From Candidatus Moraniibacteriota bacterium (lineage in GTDB: Bacteria; Patescibacteriota; Minisyncoccia; CAIUEV01; JAHKAQ01), in assembly GCA_014729795.1 (NCBI GenBank), contig WJJI01000028.1:1-56620 (forward strand): 56,620 nucleotides of DNA, written 5' to 3'. Shown here in pieces: positions 20,815 to 31,651 of this stretch (the first letter of the stretch is position 1; the number at the start of each line of letters is the position of its first letter). Below the pieces are notes generated by a model. The model was not told the DNA's origin, searched no databases, and worked only from the letters and a program-made list of their open reading frames with translations. The position numbers were made by a program, and so were the translations under genes.

Positions 20815-21714
20815 ATGAAATCCATTAAAACCCCAAATTATAATTGGCTTTATTTTGAAAATCCGGATAAAGACGATTTGGCCGCTATTCAAAAAATATT
20901 CACCTTACATCCGGTTGTGCTAAGCGAATTTAATAGTCCAACCTACCGTCCAAGAGTGAATCAATATGAAAACTATACCTTTATGGTGCTTCATTTTCCG
21001 GTTTACGACAAGCAATCCCGTACTCCCAAAACCGGTGAGGTCGATGTTTTAATCAATGACCAATATTTAATTACCAGCTGCAACTATCACCAACGTGGTC
21101 TTTTTCAATTTTTTGAAAAAACCAGAAAAAATCAAGCATCTCTTACCGGCAACCATCAACCTGAAAATACTTGGGCATTATTGCTAATGGCCTTTGATGC
21201 TTTAATGAACGCTTGTTTTCCCAAGCTTGATCATATTAGCAGCCGACTCGAAACAATCGAAGAAAATATTTTCCAGGGTCGAGAAAAAGAAATGGTTCAA
21301 GAAATTTCTCTGGTTAAAAGAGATATTTTAAACTTCCGCCGTTCCATAAAACCCCAACGGTCAATTTTGGAATCTTTAGCCGCCACTCAATCTTTTAAAA
21401 ATAATCAAGACCTTAAAACTCGGATAAATGATATCATCGGCACCAATATTCGCATTTGGAATGTTTTGCAAAATCACAAAGAAGTCATGGATTCGCTCGA
21501 AGCCACAAATGATTCTCTATTTTCTTACAAACTAAACCAAAACATGAAGGCTTTGGCTATTATTTCTATTATTTTTCTGCCTTCCACTTTAGCGGCTAGT
21601 TTATTTGGCGCCAACACTATCATGCCCATTCAAAATTTTTGGCAAGCTCTAGGCATTACCTTGATTCTTATGGTCATGATGCTTATAATCGTTAAACTAA
21701 AGAAATGGCTTTAA
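20815..21714 (+). CDS. corA: CorA family divalent cation transporter
   Basis: LHP, RPRV, two C-terminal TMs with FLPST...FGAN (variant of GMN). Confidence 0.88.
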   Translation: MKSIKTPNYNWLYFENPDKDDLAAIQKIFTLHPVVLSEFNSPTYRPRVNQYENYTFMVLHFPVYDKQSRTPKTGEVDVLINDQYLITSCNYHQRGLFQFFEKTRKNQASLTGNHQPENTWALLLMAFDALMNACFPKLDHISSRLETIEENIFQGREKEMVQEISLVKRDILNFRRSIKPQRSILESLAATQSFKNNQDLKTRINDIIGTNIRIWNVLQNHKEVMDSLEATNDSLFSYKLNQNMKALAIISIIFLPSTLAASLFGANTIMPIQNFWQALGITLILMVMMLIIVKLKKWL

Positions 21715-23195
21715 AGCTATACAATTCCTTAACCAAAAAAAAGCAATTATTTAAAAGCTTGAAAAAAAACCAAGTCAAGCTTTACACCTGCGGCCCCACA
21801 GTTTACGATTATGCCCATATCGGCAATCTATGGTCTTATCTAACCGCGGATGTTTTACGCCGTTATTTAGAGTTTCTCGGTTTTCAAGTTAAACATGTCA
21901 AAAATATAACCGATGTGGGTCACTTTACCGATGATGAAGAAGTTGAGCCAACAGGTGAAGACAAGATAGAGAAAGCTGCGCGACGCGAAAAAAAAACTCC
22001 TTTGGAAATAGCTCGTTACTACACTCGCTACTATCTCAAGGATGAAGCGAAACTTAACATTAAAAAACCGCATGTTCAACCTCGACCCACCCAAGAAATC
22101 CCCCAAATCATTAAAATCATTCAAGATTTAATCAAAAAAAAGTACGCTTACGAAACCTCCGATGGTGTTTATTTTAATGTTAAGCACTTTCAAGCTTATG
22201 GAAAACTATCCGGTAACACTCTAAACAAAATTCAAGCCGGTGCCCGAGTTCAAATCAATGAAAACAAAAAAAATCCCGCTGATTTTGCTTTATGGATCAA
22301 ACGGGTGGGCAAAAACAAAAAACATACCCTGCATTGGCCAAGCCCTTGGGGTCAAGGATTTCCAGGCTGGCATATTGAATGTACCGCCATGGCCACCAAA
22401 TACCTGGGGGGCTCGATTGACATTCATACTGGAGGAGAAGACAACATCTTCCCGCATCACGAATGTGAAATCGCTCAAAGTCAGGCTTATACCGGTAAAA
22501 AATTTGTTCGTTTCTGGATTCATACCCGACATTTTTATCTAGATAATCAAAAAATGTCCAAATCGCTAAAAAACATCTATACTTTATCCAAAACCCCTTC
22601 TAACAAATACCCCAGTTTAGAGCAAAGAGGCTATCAACCCTTAGCCTTCCGTTTGCTTAAACTGCAATCCCACTATCGCAGCAAAGCCAATTTCTCTTTT
22701 AAGGCCCTGGATCAAGCCAGTAAAAATCTACAAAAAATCAACCAGCTTTATCAAGAGCTCCGGGATTTTCCTCAAACAAACAATCCAAAACCAAAACAAA
22801 CCGGCGCTAAAGCTAAATCAATTAACGTCCGTTCTTACTTAAAAAAGTTCATCCAAGCGCTCAATCAAGACCTAAACACTCCTTTGGCGGTTAGCGTACT
22901 TTTAGATTTGGTAAAAAACACCAACAAAACCATAAAAAACCAAACCTTATCTAATCCTAAACAGGTACTGGCCACACTAGAAAAATTAGATCAAGTTTTT
23001 GCTATTTTAACTAAAACCTCAAAATCCAAACAAGTTATTCCCCGCAACATTAAAAAACTTGCTCAAAAAAGAGAACAAGCTCGTCAACAAAAAAAATTTA
23101 AACTAGCTGATCAACTCAGAGATAAAATTATAGCTCAAGGTTACAAAATAATCGACACAAGCAAAGGATCTAAAATTAAAACTAAAAACTTATGA
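21705..23195 (+). CDS. cysS: Cysteine--tRNA ligase
   Basis: CGPTVY, HIGN, PGWHIEC, FPHHECE, KMSKS. Confidence 0.98.
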   Translation: MALKLYNSLTKKKQLFKSLKKNQVKLYTCGPTVYDYAHIGNLWSYLTADVLRRYLEFLGFQVKHVKNITDVGHFTDDEEVEPTGEDKIEKAARREKKTPLEIARYYTRYYLKDEAKLNIKKPHVQPRPTQEIPQIIKIIQDLIKKKYAYETSDGVYFNVKHFQAYGKLSGNTLNKIQAGARVQINENKKNPADFALWIKRVGKNKKHTLHWPSPWGQGFPGWHIECTAMATKYLGGSIDIHTGGEDNIFPHHECEIAQSQAYTGKKFVRFWIHTRHFYLDNQKMSKSLKNIYTLSKTPSNKYPSLEQRGYQPLAFRLLKLQSHYRSKANFSFKALDQASKNLQKINQLYQELRDFPQTNNPKPKQTGAKAKSINVRSYLKKFIQALNQDLNTPLAVSVLLDLVKNTNKTIKNQTLSNPKQVLATLEKLDQVFAILTKTSKSKQVIPRNIKKLAQKREQARQQKKFKLADQLRDKIIAQGYKIIDTSKGSKIKTKNL

Positions 23196-23202
23196 ACCAT
23201 GA

Positions 23203-23883
23203 TCATCCAGGAACTGATTTACCCCTCCCCTTTTTTAAATATCCTTTCCATAACGCATCAACCAAATTGGTAAGATTTTGGTTTGGTAAATCCAAGCCTA
23301 TTAGGTTTTTATTATCTATACTGCTACCAATCAACATATGAAATAATAATGTCTTTTTTAAAGCTTGATAAGCTGTCTGGCAATCCATAAAAGCTTCATC
23401 GGCTTCTCTAATTTGATCAATATCCAAATTTTGTGTTAAAGCTCGAATCTTTGATTCTATTACGTTATAATAATTAGAAGATTTTTCTTGATTAATAACT
23501 TCGTCTTTAATCCTTGCTAACCTCAAACAAGCCTGCATCTGTTTAAGTATCTTTAATAATTCTCCATTGGGCAAATCCACATTCATATCTTCAAGTTTAC
23601 CTAAATCAAATGTTCCTCCGACTAACGCATGTCCTAATAAAATAGTTTCTGGCTCTGAATCATAAAAAGAATTATTAGAAATTTTTTCTTGTGTTATTTT
23701 ATCGTAAACTCTTCCAACAATACCATTAATTATGGTAAGTAGAGTAAATTTAGATTTTTTATCTTCAAAAACATTTAAAAACTTTAATCTAACCGATTTT
23801 GCGTATTCATATTTCTCTTTTTTGCTGAGCGATTTCCATTTTATCGGATCTTCGTAGCTCCTGGGCCTTTCATAATAATTCAC
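23203..23883 (-). CDS. Hypothetical protein with a duplicated LLxHxLxG...DLPN module
   Basis: 226-aa ORF with GTG start, 9 bp downstream of the deaminase; internal two-fold repeat. Confidence 0.7.
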   Translation of the reverse strand: MNYYERPRSYEDPIKWKSLSKKEKYEYAKSVRLKFLNVFEDKKSKFTLLTIINGIVGRVYDKITQEKISNNSFYDSEPETILLGHALVGGTFDLGKLEDMNVDLPNGELLKILKQMQACLRLARIKDEVINQEKSSNYYNVIESKIRALTQNLDIDQIREADEAFMDCQTAYQALKKTLLFHMLIGSSIDNKNLIGLDLPNQNLTNLVDALWKGYLKKGRGKSVPG

Positions 23884-23892
23884 AAAAATTTT

Positions 23893-25014
23893 TTAATTAT
23901 CAATAAAACTGGCCTTTTTGGCTATATCAAGACATTTCATAAGCTGGTTCTGACTCAAAACCTTATTGTCGAATAAATGTTTAAACTCTTTGGCTAATCC
24001 GGTTTGCGCCAAGTAAGGCCCGTCAGTGTTGATAGCAAATTCAATATCATTTGCTAAAAAAGTTTTTAAAATAAAACGCATCTCTTGCCAATCCTTTACT
24101 GTGCCTGTCAATAAATTCATACTAGGACATACCTCTAAAACAATCCGGTTTTTCTTTATCATTTTCATAGCTTTTTGATTCCACGCCGCTTTAATACCAT
24201 GTCCAATCCGATCCGGTTTGATCGCTTCAATTACTTTAATTACCCGCTCCCCGGTTGTATTATATGCTTCGCCGGTATGAACCGTAATGCCTAAACCTGC
24301 TTGCTTGGCTTTTTTAAATAATTCAATATATTGCTTTAGATAATCGCTGTCTTCAAAATTTAGATATTTTGGATTAGTAATGTCCACTCCGATGTTTTCT
24401 TTAAAGTGCTTTTTATAAGCCTTAAAGCTCTTTTCTTTTTTAAAATAAAATTCTTCAGGTCCGGTTATATCAATCCCAACCACGCCTCGGTCTTTATAAT
24501 CTACGGCTTTTTCCATAATAATTTTATTGTAATCATAATGCAGACGCCGATCAAGACAAAAAATCAATCCCGCTTTTACCCCATAATCAAGCATGGCTCG
24601 TTCCATCCCCCTGATAGCTGCGTGAATGATATGATCCATATCAATCTCGCCACCCCGGGTTCGAAATAAAGGATTAAATCGCAACTCAATCACCGAAACA
24701 TTAGCTGATCGATATTCTTTAGAAATAACATTATAAATCCCCCTTTCGATGGCTTTGGGACTGCTTTGAATCTTCTCCGTCCACTCGTAAACTTTATGCA
24801 GGTCTTCCATGTTGTCAATATTGCGTAAAAACATCACAAAATCCCAATAATCCTTAACCGGTAATTTTATTCCCTGACTGTGAGCAATTTCCCATAAGGT
24901 GTGAGGGCTCATGGCTCCACCAATATGAATATGCAGGTCAATTAAATCATGTCTTAAAAAATTCTTAATAAATTTTTGATCCAATTTGTCCTTTTCTCTG
25001 ATTTTTACCTTCAT
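23893..25014 (-). CDS. add: Adenosine/adenine deaminase family protein
   Basis: DLHIH, ELRFNP, HTGE, RIGHG, EVCPS, NTD. Confidence 0.88.
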   Translation of the reverse strand: MKVKIREKDKLDQKFIKNFLRHDLIDLHIHIGGAMSPHTLWEIAHSQGIKLPVKDYWDFVMFLRNIDNMEDLHKVYEWTEKIQSSPKAIERGIYNVISKEYRSANVSVIELRFNPLFRTRGGEIDMDHIIHAAIRGMERAMLDYGVKAGLIFCLDRRLHYDYNKIIMEKAVDYKDRGVVGIDITGPEEFYFKKEKSFKAYKKHFKENIGVDITNPKYLNFEDSDYLKQYIELFKKAKQAGLGITVHTGEAYNTTGERVIKVIEAIKPDRIGHGIKAAWNQKAMKMIKKNRIVLEVCPSMNLLTGTVKDWQEMRFILKTFLANDIEFAINTDGPYLAQTGLAKEFKHLFDNKVLSQNQLMKCLDIAKKASFIDN

Positions 25015-25520
25015 ATCTTTATTATTTTGCCTTGATTATTGTTTAAATTATAAACAGCTACGCTGGGTTGAATTTTTTTCCGAACCGGTCGACCATAATA
25101 ACCCATCACTGATCCGGGATTAATAACTATGGTTTGGTTATGCTGTTCGATTTGCGCCCAATGAGTGTGCCCGCAAAACACCAAATCGTAACGACCCGAA
25201 TCGATAATTTTTTGTAAAAAGTTTTGATCATGCCCATGATAAACAGCTATTTTTTTATTTTGCTGCCTGTCTTCAAGCAATCGATCGCTGATCTTAACAT
25301 CTGTTTTCCCCCGAATTTGATAATCCAAATAATTTAAATCGCAATTACCCATCACTCCCCGGATCGCAATTCCTGTTTGAGCAAATTTTTGCATGACTTC
25401 GGGTTCGGTCCAATCTCCACAATGATAAATCCTGCCAACCTGCAGCTGTTGCATCTTAGTTATAGCCTTATCAATATTTTCCCAAACAGAATGCGTATCA
25501 GAAACAATACCTAAAAGCAT
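25011..25520 (-). CDS. YfcE/MJ0936-type metallophosphoesterase
   Basis: SDTH, CGD, GNCD, HG, GHTH, NPGS. Confidence 0.92.
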   Translation of the reverse strand: MLLGIVSDTHSVWENIDKAITKMQQLQVGRIYHCGDWTEPEVMQKFAQTGIAIRGVMGNCDLNYLDYQIRGKTDVKISDRLLEDRQQNKKIAVYHGHDQNFLQKIIDSGRYDLVFCGHTHWAQIEQHNQTIVINPGSVMGYYGRPVRKKIQPSVAVYNLNNNQGKIIKI

Positions 25521-25543
25521 AGTTTTTATTGAATTTAATGAAA

Positions 25544-25677
25544 TACTTTTGCCCTTTTAGACAAATTTTAAAAAACATCAACTCGGGATTTTTTCAAAAA
25601 TTTTCTAAAACTTATTGAATACACGTTTCCAAAAAAATTCAGCTTTTTCTGCAAATTTATTATATAATTAACAAGTC
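25544..25677 (-). repeat. Inverted-repeat family, degenerate copy
   Basis: Internal CTTATTGAATACACGT...AAATTTA matches CTTATTGAGTACACGT of the 6664 copy; arms eroded. Confidence 0.6.
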
Positions 25678-25696
25678 TTTTCAAATGCTTTTTTAT

Positions 25697-27055
<1,359 letters not shown>

Positions 27056-27097
27056 TTAAGATTTATTATAAAGTTTTTCCTGGCGCTTAATGAACCC

Positions 27098-28072
27098 TTA
27101 ATCATTTAAAACCGCCATTCCGGCGCTAATTTCGGCTAATTCCGAAGTAATCGCCGCTTGTCTAGCTTGATTATACTGAAATTCGAAACTTTTAATCATA
27201 TCCATGGCTGTGTCGCTCGCATTCTTCATAGTTAACATGCGCGCGGAAAACTCAGCTGCTTGCGATTCCAAAAAAGCCTGATAAATCTGGCTTTCCACCA
27301 CTTTGGGCAAAATCATTTCCAAAATCTTCTCTTTATTTGGCTCGAAAGTATAATAACGCTCCTCAACTTCAGCTTTCAACTCTTCCATTTCCTGTTCTTC
27401 TGAAACTCCTCGACCCAATTCTTCGAGCTGTCGCTCTAAATCTTTTCTGGAAACCGGCAAGACTTGCCTTAATCTTGGTTTATTTGAAACCGTGGAAATA
27501 AAATCAGTATAAGCAATTACCACTTTATCATATTTTTTAGCCACATAACCATCAATAGCCATTTTCGCCACTGGTTTTAAGTTACTCAAAGTCGACTGTT
27601 CGTTAAAATCATTAAAAACCGCAATCAAATTCCGATTTAATCTTATCATTTCCTCTTCTCCTTTTTTACCCACGGTCACGATCTCAAAAACCGCCTGCTT
27701 TGGATCAATTTTGGGCAAAATCTTGCGATCATGAGTCCTGTTAATCAATAAATTATAAGGATTTTTTAAATTAGTATTAACTTTTCTCAATAATTGGTTA
27801 TTTAATCCGCCACATAAGCCCTTGTTTGAAGTAAAAACAATCAAACAAACTTTTTTTACCGGTCTTATCATTAATAAAGGATGGATTTTGTCCACAGATT
27901 CGGAAATTTTAGTCAAAATTTCCCAAGCCGTTTGCGTGTATTCTCGAGTTCTAATCGCTCTATTGATTACCTTTTTCATCTTCGAAGCCGCCACCATTTC
28001 CATGGCTTTTGTAATTTTGCGAGTATTCCTAATCGATTTTAACCTGGCTTTTAGCTCTTTGGTGTTGCTCAT
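27098..28072 (-). CDS. atpG: F1 ATP synthase gamma subunit
   Basis: KITKAMEMVAASK, KGLCGG, ARM..M..A, RQAAITSEL. Confidence 0.98.
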   Translation of the reverse strand: MSNTKELKARLKSIRNTRKITKAMEMVAASKMKKVINRAIRTREYTQTAWEILTKISESVDKIHPLLMIRPVKKVCLIVFTSNKGLCGGLNNQLLRKVNTNLKNPYNLLINRTHDRKILPKIDPKQAVFEIVTVGKKGEEEMIRLNRNLIAVFNDFNEQSTLSNLKPVAKMAIDGYVAKKYDKVVIAYTDFISTVSNKPRLRQVLPVSRKDLERQLEELGRGVSEEQEMEELKAEVEERYYTFEPNKEKILEMILPKVVESQIYQAFLESQAAEFSARMLTMKNASDTAMDMIKSFEFQYNQARQAAITSELAEISAGMAVLND

Positions 28073-28131
28073 TAAAAAATAATTTATTATGCGTAATTTT
28101 TTGAATTCAAATCCTAACGCTTATTTAATCA

Positions 28132-28566
28132 CTAATTAACCTGCGCAAAGTTTATTTTTTCTCCGGCCTTATCTAAATCAACATACAAACCCTTAATTTT
28201 CTTCACTTCAATCTGCTGTTTAATTTTGTTCATGGCTTCTTTAATTTGCTTTAACTGAAACTCTTTTTCTTGTTCAATTGAATCAAATTTTTTTCTTCCG
28301 CCATAAGCTCCGCAATCAGCGTGATTAATTATTATAATCTGCTCAATACAGTGAAGCCGGCTGGAAACTTGCAAACTTTTCTCCACTAAATTGCTCTTGG
28401 GGTCTAATATCTCTTTAGCCGCGCCCGGTACCGCGATAATATCAAAATCATTAATATTATTGGTTTTTAAATATTCAATCACCGGCTCCCAAAACCGAAA
28501 ATCCATACAAAGCACAATCGCGGCTTTACAATGATGAGTTTTTTGGTATTTAAACCTCATGGTCAT
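28132..28566 (-). CDS. Beta-carbonic anhydrase-like protein
   Basis: CMDFR (CxDxR) and HADCG (HxxC) zinc-ligand motifs. Confidence 0.75.
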   Translation of the reverse strand: MTMRFKYQKTHHCKAAIVLCMDFRFWEPVIEYLKTNNINDFDIIAVPGAAKEILDPKSNLVEKSLQVSSRLHCIEQIIIINHADCGAYGGRKKFDSIEQEKEFQLKQIKEAMNKIKQQIEVKKIKGLYVDLDKAGEKINFAQVN

Positions 28567-28573
28567 TTAATTA

Positions 28574-30157
28574 TTATTCTTGATCCCTTTTAACTTTTTT
28601 CTCATACTTCTGATCCTTCTTTTCGCTATCCGCATAAATCTTATCCCGAGCCTCTACCTGATTGGCCGCAAATTCATCTAAGGCCTTGTTTAAATTTTTT
28701 AAAAGCTCATCGCTTAACTGACCGGTTTCTTCAATTTTCTGCATAGTGTCGCTAATTTCTGCTTCCAAAAATTGAATCAGTTTTTCTTCATATTTTTTGA
28801 TCGCCTTTACTTTTATTTCATCAAAATAACCTTCATTTACCGCGTAAACAGTAACCACCTGATGAGCCATTGATATAGGCTCATATTGATCCTGTTTAAT
28901 AATCTCGGTTAAACGTTTGCCTCGATCAATCATCTGTTTGGTTTTTTCATCTAAGTCTGAAGAAAATTCTGCAAAAGCTGCTCTTTCTCGAAACTGCGCC
29001 AAATCCAGCCTCATTTTTCCCGCCACTGATTTAACCGCCTTGGTTTGCGCGGCCGAACCCACTCTGGAAACCGAAAAACCCACGTTAACCGCTGGCCTAA
29101 TGCCTTGATAAAACAAATCCGACTCCAAATAAATCTGCCCATCTGTAATCGAAATTACATTAGTAGGAATATATGCAGAAATATCTCCGGCTTGGGTTTC
29201 AATAATGGGCAAAGCGGTTAAAGAACCCCCGCCTTGATCCTTGCTTAATCTGGCTGCCCGTTCCAACAATCTTGAGTGCAGGTAAAAAATATCGCCAGGA
29301 TAAGCTTCCCTGCCTGGGGGTCTGCGAAGTAATAAAGAAATTTGTCGATAACTCCAAGCATGCTTGCTTAGATCATCATAAACAACTAATACGTCTTTGC
29401 CTTGATCCATAAAATATTCGCCAATCGCGCAACCCGAATAAGGCGCCATATACGAAAAAGATGCCGGTTCCGAAGAACCGGCCAATACCACGGTGGTGTA
29501 TTCCATGGCTCCGCGCTTTTCTAACTCAGCCACGATTTTAGCTACTTTTGATTTTTTCTGACCAATTGCCACATAAATACAGATACAATCCTTACCTTTT
29601 TGATTAATAATTGCATCGATCGCCACCGCGGTTTTTCCGGTTTGACGATCTCCAATAATTAGTTCTCTCTGGCCTCGTCCAATCGGGATCATTAAATCAA
29701 TCGCTTTAATACCTGTTTGCAATGGTTGGTCCACTGATTTTCTTTTCATCACTCCGGGCGCGATTTTCTCAATTGGATAATAATGCTGGGTTTTCACTTC
29801 ATCCTTACCATCCAAACTAAAACCCAAAGGATTAATCACTCTGCCAATCATTTCTTCTCCAACCGGCACTGATAAAATTCGCCCTGTGCTTTTTACCACG
29901 TCTCCTTCCTTAATATTTTCATAATCACCTAAAATCACCGCTCCGATGTTATCTCGATTTAAGTTCAAAGCCACTCCGTAAACATCTTGACCAAAATCCA
30001 ATAATTCCTGGCTCATGGCTTGACTCAAACCGCTTACAGTTGCGATTCCGTCTCCGACTTCAATTACTTTGCCTATTTCTTCGGTTTTAGCTTCGGGTTC
30101 AAACTCGGTAATTTGCTTTTTTAAATATTCAATTATCTGATCCTTTTTTGAAGACAT
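28574..30157 (-). CDS. atpA: F1 ATP synthase alpha subunit
   Basis: [24 protein letters not shown]. Confidence 0.99.
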   Translation of the reverse strand: MSSKKDQIIEYLKKQITEFEPEAKTEEIGKVIEVGDGIATVSGLSQAMSQELLDFGQDVYGVALNLNRDNIGAVILGDYENIKEGDVVKSTGRILSVPVGEEMIGRVINPLGFSLDGKDEVKTQHYYPIEKIAPGVMKRKSVDQPLQTGIKAIDLMIPIGRGQRELIIGDRQTGKTAVAIDAIINQKGKDCICIYVAIGQKKSKVAKIVAELEKRGAMEYTTVVLAGSSEPASFSYMAPYSGCAIGEYFMDQGKDVLVVYDDLSKHAWSYRQISLLLRRPPGREAYPGDIFYLHSRLLERAARLSKDQGGGSLTALPIIETQAGDISAYIPTNVISITDGQIYLESDLFYQGIRPAVNVGFSVSRVGSAAQTKAVKSVAGKMRLDLAQFRERAAFAEFSSDLDEKTKQMIDRGKRLTEIIKQDQYEPISMAHQVVTVYAVNEGYFDEIKVKAIKKYEEKLIQFLEAEISDTMQKIEETGQLSDELLKNLNKALDEFAANQVEARDKIYADSEKKDQKYEKKVKRDQE

Positions 30158-30180
30158 AAATATTTTTAAAAATTTATTTG

Positions 30181-30262
30181 ATCTTATTCTGTTAGAAAAA
30201 ATGCTTGTCCCTTATCATACTTAAATCAGTTTCATGGCTTAACTTATCAAATGCGAAAGTTC
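30181..30262 (-). repeat. Inverted-repeat family, highly degenerate copy
   Basis: AACTTATCAAATGCGAAAGTTC resembles the right arm AATTTACCAAACGCGTAATTC. Confidence 0.4.
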
Positions 30263-30271
30263 TGTTTTGGT

Positions 30272-30664
30272 TCAGCCAACCCGTTGCTTAAAACTTGCCA
30301 ATTTACCCTGCACCGAGCCGTCTATTAAATACTCATCGGTTGACAGTCTGGCACCGGCTATTAAAGCCGGGTTCTGCTTTGCTTTAATTACAATCTCTTT
30401 ATCGGGATATTGTTGTTTTAAAAAATCTTTAATCTGCTCGGTTGGATTTATTTCCAAATACTCAAGCAATACCGGCACAGAATATTTTTTGTCACTTTGA
30501 TAAATTTCTTGTATCTGATTGACAATCAAATCAAGATCAAACTGCCGATGATGCTTTTTAAGCAAAGCCACAAATTTAGCCAATATGCTTGGCAATTGCT
30601 CATTCGATGCTCGTTCGGTCGCTTCACACAAAGCTCGGGCGTATTTTTCTACTGCTATGGCCAT
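30272..30664 (-). CDS. atpH: F1 ATP synthase delta subunit (short)
   Basis: YARAL N-terminus, LIAG...DGSVQGKL C-terminus; position between atpF and atpA. Confidence 0.88.
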   Translation of the reverse strand: MAIAVEKYARALCEATERASNEQLPSILAKFVALLKKHHRQFDLDLIVNQIQEIYQSDKKYSVPVLLEYLEINPTEQIKDFLKQQYPDKEIVIKAKQNPALIAGARLSTDEYLIDGSVQGKLASFKQRVG

Positions 30665-30668
30665 CTTT

Positions 30669-31169
30669 TTACCTACGTTTAATTAATTCAAGCAATTCCT
30701 GATTGATTTTTGCTTGATCTTCTTGCTTAATATTTCTCTTGATTATCTTTTTGGAAAGCTCAACTACCAAATTAACGATTTCTTGCCTGGCTTCATTTAC
30801 TAAATTGGCCTTTTCTTCTTGCAGTTCTTTGGCGGTCTTGTCTTTCAATTGCTTGATTTCCTCGCGCGCTTGTTCTTTGGTTTTGTTTTTTTCTTTATCC
30901 GCGTTTTCTTTGGCTTTCTCAATAATCAATAAGGCTTGCTTCTTTGCCTTTTTAAGTGTTTTTTCCACTTGCTGGTCGGTCTTTTCCATTTTAGCACTGA
31001 TTTGTTTTGCTTCTTTTAAGCTTTTTTCAATTTTTTTCCGCCTTTTCTCCAGCATTTTTAAAACCGGACGGTATAAAATTTTCCGCAACAACAATAAAAA
31101 GATAATAAAAGATATAATATTAAATAATATAATCTTAATATCTACACTGAAGAGTTCTAATATTTCCAT
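30669..31169 (-). CDS. atpF: Fo ATP synthase b subunit
   Basis: N-terminal TM, P...L..R...I, long coiled coil. Confidence 0.95.
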   Translation of the reverse strand: MEILELFSVDIKIILFNIISFIIFLLLLRKILYRPVLKMLEKRRKKIEKSLKEAKQISAKMEKTDQQVEKTLKKAKKQALLIIEKAKENADKEKNKTKEQAREEIKQLKDKTAKELQEEKANLVNEARQEIVNLVVELSKKIIKRNIKQEDQAKINQELLELIKRR

Positions 31170-31196
31170 GTTAATATATATTTACTCGCTTGCTAA

Positions 31197-31442
31197 TTAC
31201 ATAATAAACGAGAGAATCAATGTAATAATTGCAATTCCTTCGGCAAAAGCCGCTGCAATAATCATTGATACTTGAATTTTCGGGGCCGCTTCTGGATTTC
31301 TGCCAATCGCCTGCATGGCTTTACTGGCGATCATGCCAATTGCTATGGCTGGCGCTACTCCAGCTAAGGCAAACGCGATGCCTTTGGCTAAATATTTTAT
31401 TTGACTCGCTGCTTCTACAGCATTATGAGTTGTCTCTTCCAT
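31197..31442 (-). CDS. atpE: Fo ATP synthase c subunit (H+-type signature)
   Basis: GRNPEA loop; ion-binding Glu in FAEG; no Q/ES(T) Na+ motif. Confidence 0.97.
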   Translation of the reverse strand: MEETTHNAVEAASQIKYLAKGIAFALAGVAPAIAIGMIASKAMQAIGRNPEAAPKIQVSMIIAAAFAEGIAIITLILSFIM

Positions 31443-31471
31443 TGTTTTAATTTATTTAATAATTATTTATA

Positions 31472-31557
31472 GGAATTACGCGTTTGAGGAAATTTTCCAA
31501 AAAACTCGCATGATCGAAAAGATTCAGACTCAAAAAATTTACCAAACGCGTAATTCC
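31472..31557 (-). repeat. Inverted-repeat family copy
   Basis: Perfect 15-bp arms GGAATTACGCGTTTG / CAAACGCGTAATTCC. Confidence 0.88.
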
Positions 31558-31591
31558 AAATTTAAGATCTATTAAAAAACCTAAATTCTTA

Positions 31592-31641
31592 AGAATTACC
31601 TGCTTGCAAAAATTTCAAAATTTATCCAAACGGCTAATTCC
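31592..31641 (-). repeat. Inverted-repeat family, short degenerate tandem copy
   Basis: AGAATTACCTGCTTG...AAATTTATCCAAACGGCTAATTCC. Confidence 0.65.
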
Positions 31642-31651
31642 TAATTTTAAA

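Noticed and set aside
23893-25014. RADAR-like anti-phage deaminase system
   Set aside because: Ordinary-sized ADA with no adjacent RdrA-like ATPase.
30739-31275. 178-aa plus-strand ORF, and the many other 60-105 aa nested or antisense ORFs in the track
   Set aside because: They overlap well-supported genes on the opposite strand or in another frame and show no recognisable motifs.
31197-31442. Na+-coupled ATP synthase
   Set aside because: The c subunit lacks the Gln and Glu-Ser/Thr Na+-binding signature.
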